Below are positions 32,480 through 41,648 of a stretch of DNA of 64,000 nt, piece after piece; position 1 is the first letter of the stretch; the number at the start of each line of letters is the position of its first letter. Position numbers and translations under genes: made by a program. The notes under the pieces are model-generated. The model worked only from the letters and a program-made list of their open reading frames with translations. It had not been told where the DNA came from and did no database searches. The stretch comes from an uncultured Actinomycetota bacterium (lineage in GTDB: Bacteria; Actinomycetota; Actinomycetes; Actinomycetales; CAWJMD01), in NCBI GenBank assembly GCA_963825505.1, contig CAWGTL010000010.1, positions 64,080 through 128,079 on the forward strand, given 5' to 3'.

Positions 32480-33934
32480 CTAGAGCCGGTCCTGCCGCGG
32501 CATCAGGACCTCCTGCACGACCAGCAGGACGCCGGCGGCGATGGGGATCGCGATCAGGGCACCGAGCGCGCCGAGCAGGGTGCCGCCGACGAGGGCCGCC
32601 ACGAGCGCGACCGCGCCGGGCACCGAGACGGTGCGGGCCATGATCTTCGGTGCGATCAGGTAGTTCTCGACCTGCTGGTAGACGATGTAGTAGACGAGCA
32701 CGATCAGCGCCGTGGGCAGGCTGACGAACAGCGCGACCACCACGACCACGACCGCGCCGAGGGTCGCGCCGACGAGCGGGATCAGGCCGAAGACGCCGAC
32801 CACGATCGCGAGCACCGCGGGGTACGGGATGCCCAGGATCAGCATCATCACGTACGAGCAGAGGCCGTTCAGGGCCGCGATGGCGATCTGGCCGCCCACG
32901 TAGCCGCCGATGCGCTTGCTGATCTCGTCGCCGATCAGGGTGACCCGCTGGCGGCGAGTGGCCGGCACGAGGGCGTAACCGGTGCTGCGCAGGGTGCGCA
33001 TCGAGGCGAGGAAGTACAGGGTGAGGATCAGCACGGTCAGGGTGCTGAACACCCCGCCGAGGAGCGCCTGGCCGGCACCGAGCACGCCGCCGAAGAGGGC
33101 GGCGAACGTCTCGCCGTTGCCGAGGCGCTGCTGCACCTCCTGCGTGACCCGCCCGACGATGTCGTACCGGTTGTCGAGGTCGACGAACCACGGCGCCTTC
33201 TGCACGTCCTGGACGTACTGCGGCAGCTGGGTGGCGAGCTCGGTGCCCTGCTCGACGATGATCGGCGCGACCATGAAGCCGAAGCCGACGAAGACGCCGA
33301 TCGACGGCGAGGAACACGACAGCGATGGCCCAGCCACGGTGCAGCCCACGGCGATCGGAGCCACTCCACGACCGGCTCGAGGCCGAGGGCCAGGAACAGG
33401 GCGACGACGAGCAGGGTGATGACGTGCGAGATGCGGCCGAGCGCCTCGACCAGGCCGACCGCCACCAGCACGCCGATCGCGCCGACGAAGCCGACGTAGA
33501 AGGGGTGCGCGCGGTCGAAGTCGCGGCCCGGGTCGCCCGAACCGCCCGTGGCAGCGGAGGCGATGGTGGACGGAGGCGCGTCGGCGGCGGGGCGGTCCGA
33601 CGGGTCCTCGGCGGGACGGCGGCGGTGACGTCAGCTCCTGCGGCGGTGGCAGTGCGTCGCACGGGCGGCCGCCCGCTCGGCGAGCATCTGGTCGAGCGTG
33701 GGGAAGCCGGTGTGGCTGCGGCCCAGCTCGCGGCGCTGGGCCAGCGCGGCGCGCACCTCGCGGCGACCGTCGGCGGAGCCGAGCAGCGAGCGCAAGCGGC
33801 GGATCGCCCCCGGCCGCGCGGGGAACCGCGGTTCGCGCGGCGGGCGGGGTGCCCTCCTGGGCGAGTCCGTCGTGCTCCCCGAGGTGCTCGGAGGAGTCCT
33901 TCCCGGTGGACCCGCCGGTCCCGTCAGCCGTCAC
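32480..33934 (-). CDS. AI-2E (PerM/UPF0118) family transporter; ORF is open but internally out of frame, N-terminal boundary unresolved
   Basis: The C-terminal ~270 aa are clear AI-2E in the ORF frame. TM1-2 (FYVGFVGAIGVLVAVGLVEALGRISHVITLLVVALFLALGLEPVVEWL; RRGLHRGWAIAVVFLAV) lie in the other two frames (shifts ~33345, ~33300). A third shift lies near 33850, and the best-coded frame carries a TGA at 33631. Confidence 0.7.
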   Translation of the reverse strand: MTADGTGGSTGKDSSEHLGEHDGLAQEGTPPAARTAVPRAAGGDPPLALAARLRRRSPRGARRAGPAPRAGPQPHRLPHARPDARRAGGRPCDALPPPQELTSPPPSRRGPVGPPRRRRASVHHRLRCHGRFGRPGPRLRPRAPLLRRLRRRDRRAGGGRPGRGARPHLARHHPARRRPVPGPRPRAGRGVAPIAVGCTVAGPSLSCSSPSIGVFVGFGFMVAPIIVEQGTELATQLPQYVQDVQKAPWFVDLDNRYDIVGRVTQEVQQRLGNGETFAALFGGVLGAGQALLGGVFSTLTVLILTLYFLASMRTLRSTGYALVPATRRQRVTLIGDEISKRIGGYVGGQIAIAALNGLCSYVMMLILGIPYPAVLAIVVGVFGLIPLVGATLGAVVVVVVALFVSLPTALIVLVYYIVYQQVENYLIAPKIMARTVSVPGAVALVAALVGGTLLGALGALIAIPIAAGVLLVVQEVLMPRQDRL

Positions 33935-34041
33935 GCCACGTCCTTCCGCACGCCCGAGCAGGTCGCGGCGAGCCTAGCCGTGCGGCGACCGACGACGCCC
34001 GTCGGGACAGGCCGGGACGCGCGAGGTCCGTGACCGCGCGC

Positions 34042-35374
34042 TCAGACGTCGCGGAAGCGGTTGATCTGCGTCTCGAACCGCGCGCGGGTCTCGGTGTCGG
34101 TGATGCCGAGACCCTCCTGCGGCGACAGCGCCAGCACGCCGACCTTGCCCTGGTGCACGTTGCGGTGGACGTCGTGCGCGGCCTGCCCGACGTCGTCGAG
34201 GGAGTAGGTGCGCGAGAGCGTGGGGTGGACGATGCCGCGGGCGATCAGGTCGTTGGCCTCCCACGCCTCGCGGTAGTTGGCGAAGTGCGACCCGACGATC
34301 CGCTTCAGGCTCATCCAGAGGTAGCGGTTGTCGTACTCGTGCATGTACCCGGACGTGGAGGCGCAGGTGACGATCGTGCCGCCCTTGCGGGCTGCGTAGA
34401 CGCTGGCGCCGAACGTCTCCCGGCCCGGGTGCTCGAACACGACGTCGACGTCGTAGCCGCCGGTCAGCTCGCGCACGCGCTTGCCGAAGCGGCGCCACTC
34501 GGCCGGGTCCTGGGTGGTCTCGTCCTTCCAGAACCGGTAGTCCTCGGCGCGCCGGTCGATGATCAGGTCGGCGCCCATCCGGCGGCAGATCTCGGCCTTG
34601 TCCTCGCTGGAGACCACGCACACCGGCGTCGCGCCCGCGGCCAGCGCCATCTGCGTGGCGTACGAGCCGAGGCCGCCCGAGGCGCCCCAGATCAGCACGC
34701 GGTCACCGAGCTTGAGACCGGCGCCGTTGCGAGAGATCAGCTGCCGGTAGGCGGTGGAGTTCACCAGGCCGGGGGCGGCGGCCTCCTCCCAGCTGAGGTG
34801 GGCGGGCTTGGGCATCAGCTGGTTCGACTTCACCAGCGCGAGGTGGGCCAGGCCGCCGAAGTTGGTCTCGAAGCCCCAGATCCGCTGCTCGGGGTCGAGC
34901 ATCGTGTCGTTGTGGCCGTCCGGGTGCTCGAGCTCCACCGACAGGCAGTGCGCCACGACCTGGTCGCCGGGCTTCCACGTGTGCACGCCCACCCCGGTGC
35001 GCAGGACGACGCCGGCGAGGTCGGAGCCGACCACGTGGTACGGCAGGTCGTGGCGGGCGGCCAGGGGGGACGTGCGGCCGTACCGCTCGAGGAAGCCGAA
35101 GGTCGAGACCGGCTCGAAGATCGAGGTCCAGACGGTGTTGTAGTTGATCGCGCTGGCCATCACGGCGACCAGCGCCTCGCCCGGTCCGAGCTCGGGGGTG
35201 GCGACGTCCTCGAGGTGGAGCGAGCGCCGCGGGTCCTTGTCGCGGCTGTCGACGCCGTCGAACATGCGCGACCTCGTCCTTGTGCACCGTGACCGCGCGG
35301 TAGTGGTCCGGGATGTCGAGGTGGCCGACCTGGTCGAGCTCGCCGGCGAGGATCGCGTCGCGGATCTGGTCCAT
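34042..35374 (-). pseudogene. ccr: Crotonyl-CoA carboxylase/reductase, one extra base near 35268
   Basis: MDQIRDAILAGELDQVGHLDIPDHYRAVTVHKDEVA (ORF 34703..35464 frame) joins MFDGVDSRDKDPRRSLHLEDV...FETNFGGLAHLALV (ORF 34042..35265). Span length leaves remainder 1 on division by 3. Confidence 0.88.
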
Positions 35375-35396
35375 GCCGCCGGAGGTTACTGACGAG

Positions 35397-35867
35397 TCAG
35401 GTCCCGTGGGGTGCGGTGTGATCGACGCCACCGGCAGCGGGCTCCACCAGCTCCACCAGGACACCGCCGGCGTCCTTCGGGTGCACGAAGTTGACTCTGC
35501 TGCCTGCGGTCCCGCGTCGCGGGGCGTCGTAGAGCAGCCGCAGACCCCGCTCGCGCAGGGTCGCGGAGACCGCCTCGACGTCGGTGACGCGGTACGCCAC
35601 CTGCTGCACGCCCGGCCCGCTGCGGTCGAGGAACCTCGCGATCGTCGACTCCGGCGAGAGCGGCGCGAGCAGCTGCACGGCGGCGTCGCCCACGCCCATC
35701 ATCGCCTCGCGCACGCCCTGCTCCTCGTTCACCTCCTCGTGCAGCAGCGCCATCCCGTAGGTGTCGCGGTAGAACGCGATCGCGACGTCGAGGTCGGGGA
35801 CGGCCACGCCCACGTGGTCGATCTGGGTGAACAGCGGCTCGGCCGCGCCGGCGGGTGAGGTGGTCAT
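35397..35867 (-). CDS. Methylmalonyl-CoA epimerase (VOC family)
   Basis: ATG 35867. IDHVGVAVPDLDVAIAFYRDTYG...VNFVHPKDAGGVLVELVE. Located upstream of ccr on the same strand. Confidence 0.85.
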   Translation of the reverse strand: MTTSPAGAAEPLFTQIDHVGVAVPDLDVAIAFYRDTYGMALLHEEVNEEQGVREAMMGVGDAAVQLLAPLSPESTIARFLDRSGPGVQQVAYRVTDVEAVSATLRERGLRLLYDAPRRGTAGSRVNFVHPKDAGGVLVELVEPAAGGVDHTAPHGT

Positions 35868-36014
35868 GCCCGGCAGGGTAGGCGCGCGGCACACCCGGGC
35901 GCCGCGTGAGGTGGCTCACCGCGAGGTCGTCGCGGACGGGTCGTGGGTACGCTGCCGGGAGGCCGTCAGCCGCACCCGGACGGACGGCCCGTCGCGTCGC
36001 CGCAGGAGGAAACC

Positions 36015-37216
36015 GTGCCCAGCCGCTCGTCCGTCATCGTCGCCGGAGCCCGCACCCCGATGGGCCGGATGCTCGGCTCGCTCAAGGACTTCTCCGCCGC
36101 CGACCTCGGCGCGGTGGCCATCCGCGGGGCGCTCGAGAAGGCCGGCGTGGCGCCGGAGCAGGTCGAGTACGTGATCCTCGGCCAGGTGCTCCCCGCGGGC
36201 GCCGGGCAGGCCCCGTACCGGCAGGCCGCGGCCGCCGCGGGCATCCCGATGGACGTCCCGTCGCTCGGGGATCAACAAGGTCTGCCTGTCCGGCATCGAC
36301 GCCATCGCCCTGGCCGACCAGCTCATCCGCGCCGGGGAGTTCGACGTCGTGGTGGCGGGCGGCATGGAGTCGATGACGCAGGCGCCGCACCTGCTCGAGC
36401 GCTCGCGGTCCGGGTACAAGTACGGCGACGTCACGGTGCGCGACCACATGGCCCACGACGGCCTGTGGGACGCCTTCACCGACCAGGCGATGGGCGGGCT
36501 CACCGAGGCCGCCAACACCGGCTCGCAGGAGTTCACGCGCGAGGAGCAGGACGCGTTCGCCGCGCGCAGCCACCAGCTCGCCGCCCGCGCCTGGAAGGAC
36601 GGCCTGTTCGACGACGAGGTGGTCGCCGTCGAGATCCCGCAGCGCAAGGGCGATCCGGTCGTGTTCAAGGACGACGAGGGCGTGCGGGCCGACACCACCA
36701 CCGAGTCGCTGTCGCGGCTGCGTCCGGCGTTCCGCAAGGACGGCACCATCACCGCCGGGTCGGCGTCCCAGATCTCCGACGGCGCCTGCGCGGTCGTCGT
36801 GATGAGCCGGGAGAAGGCGGAGGAGCTCGGGCTGCTCGTGGATCGCGGAGATCGGCGCCCACGGCGTGGTCGCCGGTCCCGACTCCGCGCTGCAGAGCCA
36901 GCCGGCCCGTGCGATCGAGAAGGCCTGTGCCCGAGAGGGTATCGACCCCAAGGACCTCGACCTGGTCGAGATCAACGAGGCGTTCGCGGCCGTCGGCCTG
37001 GCGTCCACCAAGGAGCTCGGGCTCGACCCGGAGAGGGTCAACGTCAACGGCGGGGCCATCGCGATGGGGCACCCGATCGGCATGTCCGGCGCGCGGATCG
37101 TCCTGCACCTCGCCCTCGAGCTCGGGCGCCGCGGTGGCGGCACCGGCGTGGCGGCGCTGTGCGGCGGAGGCGGCCAGGGCGACGCGCTCATCGTCCGCGT
37201 CCCCGCCTCGGCCTGA
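36015..37216 (+). pseudogene. Acetyl-CoA C-acetyltransferase (thiolase), two extra bases (~36270, ~36836)
   Basis: GTG 36015 follows [21 protein letters not shown]...SLG | [14 protein letters not shown]...[10 protein letters not shown] | [10 protein letters not shown]...[20 protein letters not shown] across three frames. Span length leaves remainder 2 on division by 3. Confidence 0.9.
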
Positions 37217-37260
37217 GCAGCAGACGGGCCAGGCGGGCTGCGGCGCAACGGATCTCGCGC

Positions 37261-38243
37261 GTGGCTGACCGCCGGGCGCCTGGTCCTGACGTGGCCTCGC
37301 TGGTCGCGGAGGCCCGCGAGGGTTCGCCTCGTGCGGTCGCCCGGCTGATCTCGCTGGTCGAGGACGCCTCGCCGTTGCTGCGCGAGGTGATGGCCGCCCT
37401 CGCGCCGCACGCCGGGTTCGGCGTGGGTGGTCGGCGTCACCGGGGCGCCGGGCGTCGGCAAGTCGACGACCACGACCGCGCTCGTCACCGCCTGGCGCGC
37501 CAGGGACCTGCGGGTCGGCGTGCTCGCCGTCGATCCGACCTCACCGTTCTCGGGCGGCGCGCTGCTCGGCGACCGGGTGCGGATGGGCGAGCACGCCCTC
37601 GATCCCCACGTCTACATCCGCTCGATGGCCAGCCGCGGCCACCTCGGCGGCCTGAGCCGGGCCACGCCGCAGGCGCTGCGCGTGCTCGACGCCGCCGGGT
37701 GCGACGTCGTGCTGGTGGAGACGGTCGGCGTGGGCCAGAGCGAGGTCGAGGTCGCCGGCGCCGCCGACACCACGCTGGTGCTGCTGGCTCCCGGGATGGG
37801 CGACGGGATCCAGGCGGCCAAGGCCGGGATCCTCGAGGTGGCCGACGTCCTGGCCGTCAACAAGGCGGACCGCGACGGCGCCGACGCCACCGTCCGCGAC
37901 CTGCGCGGCACGGTCTCGCTGGCCGAGCGCCGGCAGGCCGGCGACTGGCGGCCACCGGTCGTCCGGCTGGTGGCGGCGCGGTCCGAGGGCGTGGACGACC
38001 TGGTGGAGGCGCTGGAGAAGCACCGGACGTGGGCGCGGGGCTCGGGCGAGCTCGAGCGCCGGCGCCGGGCCCGGGCCGCCGGCGAGATCGAGGAGATCGC
38101 GCTGGAGGCGCTGCGCGACGCGGATCGGCGACCTGCGCGGCGGCGGGGGAGCGAGCCTGGACGACCTCGCGAGCGAGGTGCTCGCCGGACGCACCGACCC
38201 CTACGCCGCCGCCGACCTGCTGCGCGAGCACCTCACGCGGTGA
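37261..38243 (+). pseudogene. meaB: Methylmalonyl-CoA-mutase-associated GTPase MeaB/ArgK, two extra bases (~37426, ~38121)
   Basis: [14 protein letters not shown]...APHAGFG | [16 protein letters not shown]...[10 protein letters not shown]...[10 protein letters not shown] | [39 protein letters not shown]. Span length leaves remainder 2 on division by 3. Confidence 0.88.
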
Positions 38244-38246
38244 GCG

Positions 38247-38663
38247 TCAGCCGCCGAAGGGGGCGCGCAGCGGGAGGTCGCGGCGGGTCTGGACCACCTG
38301 GGCGCCGCGGCCGGTGCCGGCGTTGACCACGACCGGGGCCATCTGGTTGACCGTGGTGTCCGCCAGGGTGTCGGCCGGGTTGAGCACCAGCAGCACCAGG
38401 GCGTCCTCGGGCGCGGTGATGCCGAGCTCGCCGGCCACGTCGTCGTCGACCTCGGCCTCGTAGCCGGGCGCGCACACCCACGGGGCGCCGAGCAGGAGCC
38501 GCACCGAGGTGTCCTCGAGGCTGCGCAGCGCGAACAGGCCACCCACCTCGTCGAGCCGGACGAGGGCGAAGCGGTGCAGGCCGTCCAGGCCGGGCAGCCC
38601 GGTCGGGAAGGTGAGCTCGGGCAGGTCGGTGCCCGTCTGCGGCGGCGCGGTCATCACGCTCAT
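38247..38663 (-). CDS. fliW: Flagellar assembly factor FliW
   Basis: 138-aa ORF reading [21 protein letters not shown]...LLVLNP...[11 protein letters not shown]. Last gene of the flgN-flgK-flgL unit. Confidence 0.85.
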   Translation of the reverse strand: MSVMTAPPQTGTDLPELTFPTGLPGLDGLHRFALVRLDEVGGLFALRSLEDTSVRLLLGAPWVCAPGYEAEVDDDVAGELGITAPEDALVLLVLNPADTLADTTVNQMAPVVVNAGTGRGAQVVQTRRDLPLRAPFGG

Positions 38664-38700
38664 CGTAGGTCGCCCCGGTGCCCGGAGAGGGAGGCGCGCG

Positions 38701-39589
38701 TCACCGCAGGAAGTCCATCAGCGTCGGCTGGATGACCTTGGCCGTGGCGGCGAGCGAGGCCTGGTAGGCCACCTGCTGGGTCTGCAGCTCGAGCACCGTC
38801 CTCGGCAGGTCGATCTCCTCCACCTGCGCGAGCCGGCCGGTGGCGGCGAGCGAGGCGTCCCTGACGCCCTGCGCCATCCGCTCGGTGCGGGCGTAGCGGG
38901 TGCCGAGTGTCGGCGACGGCGCCGGTGAACCGCGCGAACGCCGCGTCCAACGCGTCCAGCTCGGCGCCCAGCGCCTGGGGGTCGGAGACCACGCTCGCGG
39001 CGATCCGGTCCAGCACCGCCAGCACCGACGTCGTCGGGTCGCCGCCGAACACCGCGGCGCCGGCCGTGTCGACCCGCACGGTCGTCGTCGCGTCGAGCCG
39101 GCGGTTCACCGTCCCGCCGTCGCCGACGTAGGTGCCGTCCGGCGCGAACGCGACCTCGCCCGCGGTGGTCCCGCCGAACACGGGACGACCGAGGTAGCGT
39201 CGTGTTCGCCACGGCGAGGAGGTCCTCGCGCAGGCCGGCCTATCTCCACGGCGATCGCCTGACGCGACTCGGCGGAGGCCGAGCCCGTGCTGAGGCCCTG
39301 CAGGGTGAGATCGCGGGCACGGCGCAGCAGGTCGGTGCCGGAGCGCAGCGCGTCCTCGCCGGCGGTCAGCCAGGCCAGACCGTCCTCGGCGTTGCGCGCG
39401 TGCTGGGCCTGCGCCTTGAGGTCCGAGCGCAGCCCGAGGGCGGTGACCGTGCCGGCCGGGTCGTCGGACGCCTTGGCGATGGCGCGACCGCTGGTCATCC
39501 GGGCGTTCAGGTCGCTGACGGTCGGACATCCGCGACTGCAGGTTGCGCAGCGCGCTGTCGGCCATCATCCGGTGCGTGACGCGAGTCAT
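38701..39589 (-). pseudogene. flgL: Flagellar hook-associated protein 3 FlgL, four single-base insertions
   Basis: MTRVTHRMMADSALRNLQSRMS | VSDLNARMTSGRAIAKASDDPAG...AIAVEIG | LREDLLAVANTT | YLGRPVFGGTTAGEV...FTGAVAD | LGTRYARTERMAQGV...VIQPTLMDFLR*. Shifts lie near 39522, 39238, 39197 and 38909. Its ATG overlaps the flgK stop. Confidence 0.85.
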
Positions 39590-40978
39590 CGGCCCACCAC
39601 CCCCGTGCGGTTGATCAGGGTGTCCAGCGCCTGGTCGACGGCCGTCATCACGCGGGCCGCCCCCTCGTACGCGCGCTGGAACATCACCAGGTTGGTCATC
39701 TCCTCGTCCAGGTCGACCCCGGTGGCCGACAGCAGCGCGTCCTGCGCGCTCGCCGCCACCCTCGCGGCCACCGCGGCCCGGCCGTCGAGGGCGTTGACCT
39801 CGACGCCGGTGCGGACCACGAACCGGCCCCACAGCTCGTCCGGCCCGCCGGCCGCGGAGGCGAGTGCGGCGATCCGGTCGGCGAGCGAGCCGTCCTTGGC
39901 GCCGGCGCCGGCCTCGGCCGCCGCCAGCAGCATCGGGTTCGCCATCAGGTCCGGGTTCACCGCGATCGTCGCGGCCGAGGACCCGGTGCCGAGGACGAAG
40001 AACGCGCGCCCGGAGGAGCCGTCCGGCGCCTGGCCGGGGGTGTGCAGCGCGTTGAGCCGGGTGACCAGGGCGGTCGCGACCTCGTCGTAGCCGGCGGCGA
40101 CGCCGGGAAGCGTGGTCTGCAGGCCCTCGGTGAGCGCGCCGAGCACGCCTCCGCCGGAGACCGTGCTGCCGTCCGGCCAGGTGAAGCGCACGGGCGAGGA
40201 CGCGCTGACGTCCTGCATCTGCAGCGGCGCCTGCAGCGTGATCGCGGTGGCGCGGTCGCCGTCGACCAGCGGGATGCCGCCGACCAGGACGCGGGCGGTG
40301 CCGTCCGGCCGCAGCTGCGCGGTGGCGCCGGTGAGCTCGGACAGCCGCAGGACGAGCTGGTCGCGCTGGTCGGTGAGCTCGTGGGCCTGGCCGTCGGACT
40401 CGCGGATGTGCTTGTTCAGCTGGGCGATCGAGCCGGCCAGGGTGGTGACCTCGGTCTGCAGCGCGGTGGCCTGCGAGCGGGTCTCCTGCCACTGGCCCTG
40501 CACGCCCCGGCTGCCGGCGTGCAGCAGGTCGGCCACGTGGCTGGCCTGCTGGAGCACGGCGACGCGGGCGGCCGGGTCGGCGGGGGAGTTCGACAGGTCG
40601 CCGAACGCCTGCCACAGCTCGCCGAGCGCGGCCTGCAGGCCGTCGTCACCGGGCTCGGCGAAGCGGTTCTCCACCTGCGCGAGCAGGTCGGCGCGGGTGG
40701 TGAGGAAGCCGTGGTCGGCGGTGGACGAGCGCACCCGGGCGGCGGCGAGCTCGTCGGACAGCCGGACGACGCCCGCGACGGTGACGCCCGACCCGTAGGG
40801 GAGCGTCGCGCCCTGCAGCGAGTGCAGCGAGACCGGGCCGAGCGCCTGCAGGTCCGCGCGCTGGCGGGTGTAGCCGACGGTGCTGGCGTTGGAGACGTTC
40901 TGGCCCGGTCACGTCCATCGCCCGCCGCTGGGACAGCAGCGACGACAGCGCGATCGACAGGCCGCCGAAGCTGCTCAT
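39586..40978 (-). pseudogene. flgK: Flagellar hook-associated protein 1 FlgK, one extra base near 40904
   Basis: MSSFGGLSIALSSLLSQRRAMDVTG | QNVSNASTVGYTRQRADL... continues into ORF 39586..40734, which ends LDEEMTNLVMFQRAYEGAARVMTAVDQ. Confidence 0.88.
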
Positions 40979-41478
40979 CAGAGCGCCTCGTCGACGAGGT
41001 GGGCGCGGCCGGCGGTGGCGGCGGCCGGACGGCCGTGCGGGTCGTAGGTGGTGCCGGCGCCGGCGCGGGGGTCCTCGGTCAGGGTGCGCAGGGCCTCCTG
41101 GGTGGCGCGCTGGCCGGCGCTGAGGACGTCCCGGTTGGCCTGGGCCAGCTGGGAGATCTCCTGGGTCAGGGCGAGGAAGGCCTCGCGGTGGCCGTGCAGC
41201 AGCTCGCCCCACGGCTCGCCGGCGGCGTCGGCCAGCTCGCGCAGGCTCGGGCCGGGACGCAGGCCGAGCTCGGCCGCGGCGGCGTCGACCTCGGCGGCGC
41301 GCAGCACCTCGGCGCTGCGGATCTGCTCGAGCACCAGCTCGACCTCGCGGGTGGCGTGCGGCAGCCAGCGGGTGCGGCCGGCGGTGAGGAGCAGCTGCTC
41401 CTCCTCGAGCTTGAAGAGGAGCTGCTCCAGCAGCTCGCGTGCGTGCCACAGCACGGTGGAGACCTCGGGAAGGCCCAT
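40978..41478 (-). CDS. flgN: FlgN-family flagellar export chaperone
   Basis: 166-aa helical ORF (LWHARELLEQLLFKLEEEQLLL) directly upstream of flgK, overlapping it by 1 nt. Confidence 0.7.
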   Translation of the reverse strand: MGLPEVSTVLWHARELLEQLLFKLEEEQLLLTAGRTRWLPHATREVELVLEQIRSAEVLRAAEVDAAAAELGLRPGPSLRELADAAGEPWGELLHGHREAFLALTQEISQLAQANRDVLSAGQRATQEALRTLTEDPRAGAGTTYDPHGRPAAATAGRAHLVDEAL

Positions 41479-41492
41479 GGCGTCCTCTCGGC

Positions 41493-41513
41493 GAGGTCAC
41501 GGGGTGTGACCTC
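41493..41513 (-). promoter_or_regulatory. Perfect 8-bp inverted repeat in the flgN leader
   Basis: GAGGTCAC-N5-GTGACCTC lies between the predicted -10 element and the flgN ATG. It could be an RNA hairpin or an operator. Confidence 0.4.
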
Positions 41514-41522
41514 TTCCCCCTC

Positions 41523-41551
41523 CCATCGGCAGGGGAGTGGGCCACCTGAGG
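41523..41551 (-). promoter_or_regulatory. Sigma-28 (FliA)-type promoter for flgN-flgK-flgL-fliW
   Basis: Minus strand reads gtCCTCAGGTggcccactcccctGCCGATGGGagg, i.e. TCAG-N15-GCCGATGG. The -10 element ends ~45 nt upstream of the flgN ATG. Confidence 0.6.
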
Positions 41552-41648
41552 ACTTCTCACCGATCAAGGCGCTCCGGCGCGCGACGCCCCCGCGCGGGTT
41601 GCGGGTGAGCGCTCAAGGATCGGATCGATCGGGACGAAGGCTCTGGGC

